Source: the human T2T-CHM13v2.0 reference genome, Homo sapiens. From it: a stretch of 64,000 nt of DNA. The stretch is taken from the NCBI RefSeq assembly GCF_009914755.1, contig NC_060934.1; one strand, given 5' to 3'. Shown here in pieces: positions 15,039 through 28,440 of the stretch. Below the pieces are notes generated by a model. It saw only the letters and a program-made list of their open reading frames with translations. It was not told where the DNA came from and searched no databases. The translations under genes were made by a program, and so were the position numbers. The number at the start of each line of letters is the position of its first letter. Position 1 is the stretch's first letter.

Positions 15039-15583
15039 TGTAAAAGAAAGTAAAAAACTTTAGGATGCTTTAAATTTATTATGCCAAGGGGGAAGTTAAG
15101 CCCTAGAGACTTGGTCACGTAGCATGTTTGCAATTCTGCTTCTTAGATTATAGCTTAACTTTTTTCCTCATTTTTCTCATTCTGTAAATGACTAGGAGAG
15201 ACCAGAGACCAGACCTCTTCCCCTTCCAATCACTGATCTTTGTTATAGATTACCTGCCCCCTTTATTGTCCTGAACCTAAGTCAGACCAGACGGCAAAAA
15301 AGACCTCATGACTGCTACGTCTTCAGTGTGGAATATTAAATATACCTTTCTTCTAAAAAAGACCCCTTAACTATGAAATCATTTTAGCTGTACATTAAAC
15401 CTTGCAGAGAAAGATGTCAAAATTCTGTCAAGGTTCTCTAAACTTTGTCTATAAAAATAATTACAAACTTTTACACTTCAGAACACTGACTTCCATTCAC
15501 TGGAATTTGTTTTCTGGGTGGCCATCCTCAAATGTTGCACTTGAATAATAGATTCTGACTCTTTTGATTATTTTAAGTTGACA
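15039..15583 (+). mobile_element. ERV1 (MER4-group, MER72/LTR49-like) solo LTR
   Basis: TG...CA ends tgtaaaagaaag / ttaagttgaca; tatgccaagggggaagttaagcc; TATA-like ctataaaa near 15449. Confidence 0.75.
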
Positions 15584-15813
15584 GGATGGAGTAAACAATG
15601 CTGCCATCATCAAGAATAAGTATGCCTCCTTGGAGACAACCATATACCATTTAGGGGGACTATCCCCAGGAAATTAGTGGGTGGGGGACTAGTGACTCAT
15701 ACAGTAAGTGGCTGGTTGGTTCTAGGATCACGTACATATTAACATTCATGGCCTCACTGAAGATCATCAAGCTTTCCAGTTCCCACTGTGCTCCTTTTGG
15801 CAAGGATAGTTGG

Positions 15814-16440
15814 TGTATTAATCAGTGTCCATTAAGGAAAAACAGAATACCACATTTTATATAGGGATTTAAATTTGTTATGTAGATTGTAACCATTATC
15901 AATTATTACAAGAGTGCTGTATAACATGCTTCCTCTCCAGCCCCCAGTATTTGATGGTTTAATGCAAAAGCATTCATTTATCTCATGAACATAGCGATAC
16001 AAAAGAGAAGTAGTGAGGACACTGGAGCTGCACTAGAGCTTGGGGGAGGGGCCCCTGCAGCTCCATCACTTGAGCTATGCAGGTGGCTGCCATGCTGCTG
16101 CTGATGGTGGGGCACCTGTGTCACTGCTCCAGCCACTAAGGGGAAGCTGTGCAGCTCCTAAGGCACTACTGATAGTGATTGGAGCTGAGAGTGCCAAAAG
16201 ATTCTAGAAGTTGGGCCTACAACTGTCTGCTCTAGTCACCAGATCTGTAGGCAGAAAGAGTCCCTTCTTCCCTTTACTAACCTTCTTATCTCCTGCCAGT
16301 GCCTCTCATTGGCCAAAACCGAAAGAAAGACAGTTGCAAGGGATTCTGGGAAATGTGGTTTGAGGACTCTGAGCTTTACAATCACCAAGCACAGGAGGGA
16401 TGGTCTCAGAGCTGAGGAACTCTGGATAAATAACTGACAC
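15814..16440. mobile_element. Very old LTR-class remnant(s), family uncertain
   Basis: tgtattaatcagtgtcc start; gcctctcattggccaaaacc...gggattctgggaaatgtggttt typical of ancient MaLR/ERVL LTRs. Confidence 0.45.
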
Positions 16441-16503
16441 CACTGGGAATCTTAACCCTTGGAATCCTCAAAAAATCCTCCAGAATTCTGTCCACAAATC
16501 ACA

Positions 16504-17570
16504 GTAAGTTAGGACTCTTTTTGGTTGGAAGAAAATCTAAACCCAAGTTAACTTAAGCAAAAAATAAATTTTTGGCCTCTATGACTGAAGAATCCCAATA
16601 TAGCTAGGTTTGGGTAAAGGATTAAATGATTTCACCAGGACCTGGTCTTTCTCCATCTCTCACTCTGCTTTTCTTTTTTTCTTTTCTACTTTTAGGCATG
16701 ATCTCTTAATATGGAAGCAAGATTTTTCTCAACAGATTTAAAACTTCACAGCTACAAAAATAACATAAATAGGGATACTTCCTCTCCCTTTCAATTATTC
16801 CACCCTATCTCCCTGAGGCATCTACGATTGGTTCTGATATTTCATGTGAATTTACCAAGTAAATTTTGCTAAGTTCAACCACTAAATAAAGCTTGGATTA
16901 AAGGATTGGTAGTAATATCACCTTGGACTCAATTCGAGTGTACTTTACCTTGCTTTATGTCCAAAGTATCAAATAAGTTGTGCAAAAATCATACATACAG
17001 ATGAGACAAGGAAGCATGGATGTGAGTGAGGTTCCCCATTGCTTTTCTTGTTTTACTCAGTCTTAGCAACCTGTATGGAGAAAATATTTCCTGGGTCAGA
17101 GGATAACATGCCTTTTACTCACCCAGCCTCTTTAACATCCAGAAAAGTATTTCTACTATGATCCAAGGAAATCATTATTTTAACTAGCAATCAATGACCC
17201 AAGCATACTCTCTGGACCTCAAGACTTTTGCTACACTAGCCCTGAGCAGCTAGCCTCCCCTTTCCTGCACTAAACGGTAGTGCCTAGGGAGTTTCTATTT
17301 ATATACACATGAAGTCTTTCCATGGCCAGGCCCAGTCATGGTTTTTCACACCATCTATGCACATACTATGTCATGGGGACTTTGATATCCTCATTGTATG
17401 GATTAGAGTCATATGCCCATCCTTGGACCTAAGATGAGATCAGCTTAATCCAGTGTATGTTCAAAAGTAAGGGGGAAGGATAACTTCACAAAAGAAAATA
17501 TTGAGGCAGGGGTGAGGGTGCTTTTATCAGAAGAAGAGAGACTGGGTACTAGGGAGACAAGTAAAATCAT
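16504..17570 (-). mobile_element. MLT1K-like LTR split into two parts (about 16504-16834 and 17390-17570)
   Basis: gttaggactctttttggttggaag...acttaagcaaaaa; resumes with ctcattg...gtcatatgcccatccttggacc. Confidence 0.55.
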
Positions 17571-19530
17571 TCTACTAGTGGTTTCCTCTTATTCTGGGTG
17601 CAGGAGACTCTGAATCTAGGTCCTTACCTGTGCCCAGCAACCTGGGTTCTGAGAAAGGACAAGTCTTCAACACTCTCTCCAGTTCTTGATGTTGTTTCCC
17701 AACACCCAGCTTATCCATTCTTTCCCAGTTGCCATATATTCACTGATGACTGTTGTCGACACACCCCAGAATGCCATGTCTACAACCTTGGCTATTGTTC
17801 CCCCATACTTGGCAGCTGTCCACTCTTCTCCAGCATCTGCTGCCTTAGCAATGCTATCCTGAGTGTGAGGAGGCTTTTCCAGGTTGGTTTCCTCTCTAGC
17901 AGGGTTTTGAGTTCTTTCCAACTTTGGTGTTTTCCAAGATGCAATCCATTCTGTTTCTCTGCAGTTGGGGAGTTCCCACTAGCCAAGAATTACTTCTTGT
18001 TAAATCACCCCTTCCAAATGTTTTCTCTACAACCACTGTAATGAACTGACAGATGGGTGTCTTATCTTCAGGAGATATAATGAAGATTTATTTTCTAAAC
18101 TGTTAGAACAAGCCAAGGTTATCATACAAAAAAGTGAACATACTGCAGATTGCACTCAATTCAACCAAAAATGTCAATTTCATTGGATATGACTTTTCCC
18201 TCCAAATCATGTTGACAATATAGATAAACTTGCACATACAGAGCTTATATCATCTTGTTGATTGCCTTGCTGATATATATTAATTTTTGAGAAAACTGAA
18301 ACTTTTGTTGGTTCCATAAATCTTACTATATTTAGAATAACATTTAAAAGCATTAACTCTGGGTAATAGTTGCATTCATTTGATTCTCCTGTGTCCTTGA
18401 GAAAGAAAGGATCTGGGTACCTCATTTGGGCAACCTGAAGAAAAATACTCACATGTATGGGACTATCAGGTCCATTTGATACTTAACTATAAACAATGAG
18501 CTTCTGGGATTAGAACTATTACGGTAGCTCATATTTAAATAGGCAAATAAATCTGCCTTGAGAAATTTTTAATTCCTAGAATCATAGGCAACATGTTACT
18601 CTTGTGAATAACTAATCACCTATCCTGTTACTTGACTTTCTAAAGGGCTTTATTCTCTGGCTTCTGTAGCAGCTCCCTCCCTCCCTCTTCCTCTATTAAA
18701 AGGTCATTGCTTAGGAGTTTGCTCAGAGGTTAAATCCAGCTGTATTCCTACAGATTTTTTTTAACAGTAATAAGCAAATACCACAAAATAATTAGCACAA
18801 AATAATTGGCCTCTATGTCTGAAATCATCACAGAGGCTTAAATGCCACTGCTAGGTGGTCAAAAATTTATGTTGAATGTTCTCGTGGATGAATTGGCTTT
18901 ATACCCAGAGTTAGCAGTGCAAGCAAACCATAAAAAAAAATGTACTAAACCACCAACTGACATTATGGAAATAAGACCCTGGCTGGCCAAAAACCACAGT
19001 GTATCAATTAGCAGGATTTTAGTAGTTGGCAGAGAGAACTCTGGTTCTGGAAACAGAATGCTACATGTTTTATGTAGTCATGTAATATTTCCCTTGTATT
19101 CAAAGATGGTACATAACACCTGCTGTGTGCATCGAGGAAGCTCAGATTACTGTGTTAATGTTTGCATCAACTGAGTTTGGACCGTCTATCCATTAAGTCT
19201 GGTGAATGAAATGACTAATTTAATTACCTAATGGATTGGTCTATTTGCTTTTCTCTCCACAGCTCTCCATAGAAATCTCAAGGACACAACTTTTCCCCCC
19301 ATCTTGTGGAAGGTGAGGTGATAGGAATCTTGATTGCCTGATTCTTTCCAATAGGACTTTACAGAATGGTTGAATGAACCTTGGTGTGTGGTCATCACAG
19401 CAGATGTGAGTGACAGATGTTGAATTTGTCAGTTGAATCTGTCAGTCCTTCCAGAGTTCAGAGGTTGTATAGAGGAAGTTCACACTAGCCAGACTCATAG
19501 GTCCCCAACTCTGGAGGTAACATATGTTTG

Positions 19531-19738
19531 CATCAGACAGTCAAGAATTGAAATGTTGGCATTGCCATTTATTAGTTTATTAACTTTGGGAAAGGCTTTA
19601 TTCTTTATGAATTTTAGTTTCCTCATTTGGAAAATGGAGAGATTACCTACCTAATATAATTATTGTGAGAATGGGGAATAATAGGTCAAACACAAATCTC
19701 TGCTTGGCATGCATTAGGTACCACTAAATAGTGTTATT
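19531..19738 (+). mobile_element. MIR SINE
   Basis: tagtttcctcatttggaaaatggag...ttattgtgagaat. Confidence 0.75.
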
Positions 19739-19911
19739 CACTTACGGCAGCAGTAAACCTGGCAGGACATCAGTTTCCTAAAGCAGGTAAAATTACATCC
19801 TGGAAAGGTGTTTGGTGCTCATAAATTCAGGATAAAGATTTTTGGATGCCTTTTAAGGAAAATTTGTTTGTTTGCTTTGTTTGTTAAATCCATTAATTTC
19901 ACCCTTGACCA

Positions 19912-20110
19912 CTTTGAAATCAGGCAGATCTTATTTTCCCTGTAGCCTCTGGGAAGTTACTGGATCTTCCCGAGTCTCATTTTCTCTGCAGTAGATAGAA
20001 TGGACAAAGTAGTCCTGGTTTTCTGGTATTGCTGTGAAGATTAAATAAGATGATATTCATAAGCCACCTTGTACAGTATCTGCACCTTTGTGGAATAAAT
20101 GTGATAATTA
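19912..20110 (+). mobile_element. MIR SINE
   Basis: gggaagttac...tgctgtgaagattaaataagatgata. Confidence 0.65.
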
Positions 20111-20466
20111 ATTCTCTTCTCTTTCTTAAATTTTAAGGATGACATTTTCTGATATTTGCTTCAAACTCTGAGTGAGACCCTATGCAGGTCCCACAGGTAT
20201 GTAAGCACTAACTGTCTCTCCTAAGTGACTGGGCCACTGTCCTTGCACAGACCTGCCCATCTTCCCTTACTATGTTTCAGTAAAGACAAATAAGACTGAA
20301 GGTAAAGTTAAGGATGTTTTACCACCCAATTAGCATTTGTAGCTCATGCTATCCTCTTTGCCTTGGTTTTGATAAAAGTCCCAGAATTTTATTAACTTTG
20401 GTGTATCAATTGCTGGCATTCAGTCAGTGCATCTACAAATTTGCAAACCAACTTAGCTTACCCTCT

Positions 20467-21024
20467 TGTATTAGTTTTCCATTGCTACTGTAACAAAATG
20501 CAACAATTTCAGCTGCTAATACAACACAAACTTAGTGTCTTACAGTTCTGTAGGTCAGAAATCTGACACAGGTATTCCTGAGCTAAAATAAAGGTGTGCA
20601 TGGGGCTGCCTTTATTTTGGGATACTCTAAGAAAGAGTCTGTTTCCTTGCCCATTTGGTTATTGACAGAATTCCATTCTTTGCTGTTGCAGCCCTGGGTC
20701 CCTGTGTTCTCGCTGGCTGTAAGCTGCTGGCAGTCCCCAGGTTCTAGAGGCTACTGCAGTCTTTGGCTCATGATCTACTTCCTCATTCTTCAAAGTCAGC
20801 ACGTTCTTCTCACATTGCTCAGATTCACCCTGCCTCTTCCTTGTCTTTCACTTTAAAGGAATTGTAAGATTAAATCTGACCCACCCAGATAATCCAGAAT
20901 AATATTCCCATCTCAAGGTATTAATCTCTTCTGCAAAGTCCCTTTTGCATGTAAGGTAACATACTCACAGATTCCTGGGTTTAGGATGTAGACATCTTTG
21001 GGGGTCATAAATCTGCCAACCACA
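20467..21024 (-). mobile_element. MaLR solo LTR (MLT1D/E-like)
   Basis: tgtattagttttccattgctactgtaacaa ... ctgccaaccaca; TSD cctct/tctct. Confidence 0.9.
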
Positions 21025-21706
21025 TCTCTAGACAGACCTGGAGAAGTAGAGAAAGCAAACTGAAGTCTCTGAGGTATTTTGATTTTACTACATGTGACTT
21101 GAATATTCCTGTAAAAAAAAAAACCTGCAGCAAATAAAGAGACTGTAGTATGCAACAGATTAAGATATTTAAAAGGCAGAAAAAAAGAGCAGACTTTCTA
21201 GTACTTAGTTACAGGTCCTGCTAACTACAGTTTAAATTATCCTTTAAGGAATTTTTGACAGGTTGGTAAATTACAACCTACACAACCTTAATTAATTTTG
21301 TCATATCTCCAATTCACTCAGATTGCCTGAGTTTTTTTCCTTCCATATTTTTTTTAGTGGCTCTGAGTTTAGTTGCTCTCCCAAGAAAATTGAGGCACAA
21401 CAGAAAGAACAGCTGTTTTTTTTTTTTTCATTCATGCTGTGCTTTTTGGCTGAATTCATCAAGGCACAGAAAGATGAAGTATACTGTATTAAACTACAGT
21501 AATAACATGAAGCAATAATGTGGGACAGTACCACGGTATTATAAGCGAGAGAATAATATGGGCCTATAGGTTAAATAACTCTTAGCATTCAAACTCCAGA
21601 AATTACTCTCATGGGCATTTTGTTAGGTGAAAGTGACTCTAAGAAAAACTGGGATGGTGTAGACTAGGAGACCATGTGAGGCAGACTGGGAGAGGGTAAT
21701 ACTAGG

Positions 21707-21869
21707 TAAGGGTTCCTCCATGCCAGCTGCACAGTAGGACCACCTAGGGAGCTTTATGAAAGTACGATGCCTGGATCCCAACCTCAGAGACTCTGATTTA
21801 ATTGATCTGAATAATTTTTAAATAGCTCCTCAGGTAATTCTAATACGCAGTCAGGATTGAGAATCACTG
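21707..21869. mobile_element. MER5A/MER5A1
   Basis: cacctagggagcttt...cagagactctgatttaattg...caggtaattctaatacgcagtcaggattgagaatcactg. Confidence 0.85.
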
Positions 21870-24800
21870 CATCAAATTAGCCTCCATTATACTAGCGACA
21901 GTTCTGAAAATCCCTGTGATGAGGCATCAAAACAGAGGGTTTTAAGGGGCAGGGATAGATCAGAAGAGTCAAGTGAGGCTGGGGTTCCAAGGTGCAGCAA
22001 TTTGAGGCTGAACCCTTCTGTATTTCTGGCATTCCTACTGTCTTGCCTGTCCAATGAGATAGAGTCTGGGTCTCAGGACTCTGGCCAAAAGATCAAAATT
22101 GATTTCTACCTCTAAGGAGCCTAGGCCCTGGAGCACATTTTATTCATTTCCAGAAGAAAGAAACCCCTTCTCACTGCAATTCAAGCTCCTATGGGTGTGC
22201 CATTATGGGAGTAAGTGTAAAGGGGTAGACTGATTCTAAATACCTTGGTGAAGATAATTCCCCAAGCTCCTGGCTTTTTCCCTCTCAGGGATCCTGTTTG
22301 ACTTCTTCAGTGCCAGAAGCCTTTCTACTCGAGATCCAGGCTCTCTCTCCATGGTTTGAGGCTCTTTCAACCCTGCTGCTCACCAAATGATCTCTCTACT
22401 GGTGTCATTTCTTCTTGTCCTGGTTGTAAGAGCTGAGCCTTTCTCCCAGATTTGAAGAGAGTTTGATGTTGATGTCATGACTTAGGCATATGATCTTCAC
22501 TGAGTGGCAGGTAGCCTCTGGGGCAGGTAATGCTTCTGGAACAGGGTTACAGACCTTAATGAGAATCTCAACAGCAAAGCCCTTTTATATAATAGTCCTT
22601 CAATTATAACTTTCCTATTTATTTTCTTATTTCAGGTTATTTTAATCTATCTTCCTCACTGACACAAGTTCTATTGGGGCTGAGACCAGAGAAGACAATG
22701 TGAGACCCTGCATCCAACAGTATTCCTTTTAGAAACTATGCCCAGACTGAGTGGGTGCATTTTTGTTCTAATACTTTTTCTCTTCTGTAGTTTACACAGT
22801 AGGAGATAATCTTTGATATGGCAACTATGTCATTCCCCTCAGTGTGCCCAACAACTCACATCTCATAGCTGCAATAGGTCAGAGACAAATTCCATTATGG
22901 AGTAAGGAGACAGTCTTCTAAAGGTGCATTGCATGTAGTGAGGTATAGACATAGCAAGCAATGAATGTTACATCCCAGGAGCAGAGTCTGAGAGAAGACG
23001 GGTAGTCGTAAATCCTGAAATTACAACAATTCCATGTAATTCATCAGCTTCTGAGTATCTCTCAAGTGACATTTATTAGTAGAAAGCTTTGTAGAACAGA
23101 GCGGTATGCTGGCTAGCCAAGTTGATTGCACTTCGAGGGTGAGTGGATTCCTGAATCCCCTATTTAGATATAGGGCTAGAACAAGATTGAGGAGCCAGTG
23201 TGAATATTTTCATCTGGCATTTCTTTTCTCTACTGAGTGAATTCCTTTCTCCAACTCCCAGAACATTGTTCAATGAGGTAATAAAAACTACAATTCCAGA
23301 AATTGTAGTTGGATACTACTTTGATAATAATATCATTTGAATCTTAGCCTTTATTTACAACACTTCATTTATAGGCACTATAGTTCCCAGAATGCACCAG
23401 CAACGTCAGTTTCCTTTACCCCACAATTTTGCTTCAATATTTTTTTGGAATTTGCATTTTTTACCCATATGTTAAAAATACCTGTCTGGATGAAGGAAAA
23501 TTGAATCTGTGTTCAGCCTATATTACAAAGCACCATTTTCTGTACTAAGGGTTGGACTGTATCCCAGATTTCTAGTTGGACTCATGTCTGAATCAAGCAG
23601 CAAATGGTTAAGAAGGCACTCATTTTTTTCCCCTACGGTTTTGAAGTTGGTCTATTTTTCATACAGTTAAAGTGGGGTTTTCCTTTGACAGAAGCCTTAG
23701 TAGGATTTTCTCAAGTCAGTTTTCTCTACGTCAAAGTTAGAATCTATTATTCCCAGAGTCTAGCATTGGTGTATGTGACTTTATTTAGATGACTGTATTT
23801 TCATGTTTTCCCCATGCTCTCATCTGTCTTCAAGGCTGTTTATCATTTCTCCTTATTTTAAACCACATGCCTCAAATGCTTTTTGCTCCTACTCTTTCTC
23901 CTGCTTTGCTGGAGAGAAAGCATGCCTGACTTTGTCATGGTGGAAATATCATAATTCTTGCAGTTTATGTGAACTGTGATTATTAGCGATTGAAATGTTG
24001 CTATGCTTAGGAAGATAGTAAAGGTAGAGTGAGATCCTCTCAAAAACAAGACAAAATGAAGGATTGTTAGGGCCATTCTTCACCAGTAAGGATCATGTAG
24101 TGCATTCTCCATCATCTAGGGCCATTCTGAGGACTGTAATGATACTGAAGGGTGACATGACATGCATCTTTATCTGCCCCCTAAATGGAGAGATGGGGTC
24201 TGGCAAAGCAGGTGTCATTCAGGCTTTTCCCCTCAATGCTCAGATGCCCATGTAAGGTTGGGAAAGGCTATCACAGCCCTGTGGGTAGAAGGTGAAGAGA
24301 AGATGGGACATGGACTGTGAGGATAAGAAGGACATGGGGTGGTGGAGAGAGGAGGGAGTGCTAGGTGTGGGTGGGGAGGAGCTTGCATTAATGGAAAGCG
24401 GGTGGGAGGACTGGAAGGGGCCTCAGGATAGAGAGGGGGAATGGTGTGAGAATGGAGGGGGAGCCTGGAGAGAAGGGGACTCATGAACGGAACTGACCAT
24501 AAGGAAGCTTCATAAATTAAAGACATAATCAATAGACAGGCAACATGGGGAGATAAAAAGGTATTGATAGCTTGAAAGATAAAAGGAAATTTTAATTACA
24601 CTGTGATTGATAAAATACGATGAAAAGTAGTTCTTTGGCTGCTCCTTGACACTGTTCCCTGTTTGGAAGTTCTGAGGATAAACTAGGATTCTAGAGGAGG
24701 GAGTCAGACCTTTGCCACTGGATGCTGTCTAAGCAGAAGCAGGTAGCTATTGGGTCAGGATGTCCTAAGAATACTGAGTTGATCATCCCTCTGAGGGCCA

Positions 24801-26280
24801 TTTGCAGTATGTTATATAATAACCTCACAGGACCTTACGCATCAATCGCACACACTGGGGAGTTTGTCTTTAGGGACATTTGTTCAAATCTCTGCAGTCT
24901 GTCTGGACCAATGTAGAGCTGCTTTAGCTAATTCATATACTACCCTCTCATTCCAGCCTGATAGTCACAAAAGGTCAGATTTATTCTGCCTTTATAGGAC
25001 ACCTCTTTCTCTAGCTTGAAAGTATCCCAGTTGAAGACTCCCGTCTAGGGTCCGAGGTAAGTTCTCTGCCCCTTCCCAGGGCCTGCACTGGCTGCCACAC
25101 CATGGCTTCATCCTTCAGAATTGAGGAGCCACTTGCCCTTCTGCAGCAAGAGATGGATAACACAAACACCAGATGCTGTCCCCAGTGAGTCCATGCTTAC
25201 ATTATGCTACCATCCATGCCTTTCCCCCTACCTTGTCCCACCCTACCAATCTGTAAGGTTTAAAACACAGCAGGCCACGGAAGAATTTGCACAGGATCCA
25301 ATTCTTCCTCTGCTTTCTAAAACAAAATAAGTCTGGAGAAGAACTCAGAGTCATATTTCACTGTAGTCTCCTACTAATTAATTACAAGCAGCCACAATTC
25401 ATCATACTTTCAATTAACAATTAATTATGTACAAGAGAGACAAATGTTTTATTGAGACCAAGAAACAACACATATCATTTGTAGTGTGGGGTTTTCTCCT
25501 CGCACCATAGGGAAAGGTTTATGGGCTACAGATTGTGTGAACCAGTTTTGCTCTGGAAAATACAAATCTACCTGAACTCACAATCAGAATCACAACCTGG
25601 AGTCAGAAAGACTCTGGGTTTGGTGCCAGGAGAATTTAGCAGTTAGGCATGCTCCTTTCACTCTGCAGGAGGAAAGTCCTACCCAAGTGGTGTGTACGGT
25701 CCTAGCGGGGACCTCAGGATGCAGAGCCCCCCATCAGCTAACACAGTGTTGTGTAAAGGTTCTGATGTCAGGGGGAGTCAGTGAAAGGAAGCAGAAGCAA
25801 GGGGCTCCCCTGCTGCACACAGATGGTCCATCTTTGCTAAGAGCACAGGGTGATCACAGAGAGATCCTCAGAAGGGTATGAGAAAGTCTCCTGTTCCAAG
25901 TAAGGCCAATAAAAATTGTCTTTTCTTGAATGGACTTTGTGGGGAAGATGAGGACATGTCTGTCTCCAAGATGGGCACAACAGTATGGCAGTGAGGTCTG
26001 AGCACTATGAGTTTCTCTACTGAGAAATAGATGTTAATTGCCTGCCCGAAATTTATTTCCCTTTTTCCCCTTCCTGATAGAGCTCCACATTTCCCAATCT
26101 TGTAGGACTGACCCATCCTGGTTTTAGGTGCAGACTCCAGGCACTTTGAGCCAATCAGCATATTCCACCTTGGAGGCCCTGTAATGCGTTCGGGGAAACT
26201 GAAAGGAGCTGAGGAACTTTTGGGAAAGTTGGAACATAGATTTCTTTTCCTCTGCTGTGCTTAAATAGTGGAGAATATTA

Positions 26281-26338
26281 CTATTGCTACTACATGACTG
26301 CTGCTGTTGCTGCTGCTACTATTATTATTATTATTACT
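26281..26338. repeat. Compound (CTG)n/(ATT)n microsatellite at a MIR tail
   Basis: ctgctgctgttgctgctgctactattattattattattact. Confidence 0.85.
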
Positions 26339-26550
26339 ACAAACACTAACACTTGCAGGTCTCTTACTTTATGATGGAGACAGTTCCAAATGCTTTACAT
26401 GTATTTTCTCACTTAAACTCACAACAACCCCATGGAATAGATGATATCATTGTCCCCATTTTAAAGAAGAGGGAATTAAAACTAGAGTAGTTATGTACTT
26501 GATCAAGGCCACATGGCTACTAAGCAATGGGGCTAGGATGTAAATCTAGC
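26339..26550 (-). mobile_element. MIR SINE
   Basis: ctcacaacaaccccatg...tgtccccattttaaagaagagggaatt. Confidence 0.85.
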
Positions 26551-26569
26551 TATAACCATTCTGCTATGG

Positions 26570-26815
26570 GAAGCTTGTAACTGCTGAAGACATAAAGTGA
26601 AGTCTGAAGCTTCTGAGGGGCTACTGTGAGGACCTCAGGAAGAAATGGGTCCAGAGGAAGCAGAGGTGATATCTTATGAATCCAGTACTGAATTCTTCCT
26701 GGAGCCAGAAATAGCTAAGTCTGCCCTTTGAAGTTATGTGAATCAATAGATTTTCTCTGTTGCCTAAGCCATTTTGAGATGGGCTTTCTCTCTCTTTCAA
26801 TTGAAAACAATTAAA
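26570..26815 (+). mobile_element. MLT1J/K-like LTR 3' part
   Basis: agttatgtgaatcaatagattttctctgttgcctaagccattttgagatggg. Confidence 0.55.
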
Positions 26816-27094
26816 CAACAAATGTACAATTTGATACCAGGAAATAAAAGTTGAAAGAGACAGTGCCATGGAGTTGACTGCACTCATGTATAGACAAGGG
26901 GAATGAGAGAAAACCCTCAATTTCAGGGAGTGGGATTAGCATACCTTGCTATGTTGTCATGCACTAACTTGTTGAATTGTCTCATGTTGGTTTTGACATT
27001 CATACCACTCATCTTTTAAGGTTGTAGCATTAGGGGTCCTGGAAAACTTTATGGTGTTGAATTTGGGTACTTCTCAAAGCCTTTAATAAGGCTT

Positions 27095-27540
27095 GTTCAA
27101 TGGTCTAATGATATGTAACAAGCCACTCCAAAACTCAGTGGCTTAAAACACATATTTATTTCAATTTTTCATGATTCTGTGGTTCTTTGGGCTCACTTTG
27201 GTGGTTCTTGCTTGGGGTCTGTCATGTTGCTGTCCAGTGATGGCTGAATCTGCCGGCATGAGATAGCTCAGCTGGGTTGTACATCCAGACAGCTCATTCA
27301 CAGGGTTGGAAGTTGATGCTGGTTGTTTTCTGGGAGCTCTGCTAGGCTGTTGACCAGAGTGCCTTCCCATAATATCTCCAAAGCATGACAGCAGAGTTTT
27401 AAGAATGAGTATGCCTAACATTTCAAGAGGCCCAAGTGTAAGCTGAAAGACTTCTTATAACTCAGCCTCGGAGGACTACATAGGGCAAGAATACCAGGAG
27501 GTATGGCTCACTGAAAGATCAATTTGGAGACCAACTCCAT
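27095..27540 (-). mobile_element. MLT1F-like LTR
   Basis: gtaacaagccactccaaaactcagtggcttaaaaca...ctacatagggcaagaataccaggagg. Confidence 0.8.
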
Positions 27541-28239
27541 GAGACCGGCTTTGGAGACCTGCTTTTTCTCAGCCCTACAAGAAAAAGAGGTTTACTCTGG
27601 ATTTGGCCTGAGGAGTAACAGAGAGGCCCCAGACAGGAAGAACTAACAGAGGCTCTTTCAGCATGATGCCTGCAGTACAAATCAACTGGGTGTGAAATAA
27701 CCCACCACGTTGCAACACTGAAAGAACGGAGCTCAAGTTACAAACAGGCCAGACTTGATGTAAGAAAGAGGATAATATTGGGGTGCAGGATGATCCTGAT
27801 TGCCTCCTCTACATCCAAAAAAATACAACTCCAGACAGGTCTCTTAAAACTGCCTCCGATTCTGTTTTCTCTGCCTGGCACACTGAAGACACCCTGCAAC
27901 ACTGCTTTCTGACATGGAGGAAATGGGAGGTGCCTTCCCTTCCTTGGCTTGTGCTTCGAACGTTCCTGAGGCAGAGTGTGAGGTGGAACACGAGTACTAT
28001 GATGGAGAGGGATGGACCGAGAACCAACATCTAACACCAAGAGGCTAATTGCCGCAGACCCATCTCAGCTGAAGGATATTACTTGTCACGCTCTCTAGCT
28101 GAGGCTGCTGCTTCATAGACTGGCTGAAAGTCAATAGATCAGAATTCCATAGAGCCTTAAGAACAGGTTTCCTGACAAAGAAACTCAAGTTCAGCTAAAC
28201 TTGGTCTGTGATTGTTCCATCCCAGATGAACATAGAGAG

Positions 28240-28440
28240 ATACTGTTATTTTAACTTGCATTTCCTTTTTTCCTAGTAAGTCAAGTATCGTCACATGTTT
28301 ATTGACTGTTTAATTTTTATCTTCTATGAATTTCTTCATACCTTTTATCTGACATATTATGGATATTACCCCTTTATCATATATCTGTGTTGTAAATATT
28401 TTCCCAACATTTTATCTATTGACTTTATTAATGATACAAC
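28240..28440 (-). mobile_element. L1ME fragment
   Basis: gttattttaacttgcatttcc...tgttgtaaatattttccca. Confidence 0.55.

Noticed and set aside
18782-18809. Short tandem duplications (14 bp here; similar near 11093 and 19418)
   Set aside because: Ordinary slippage products
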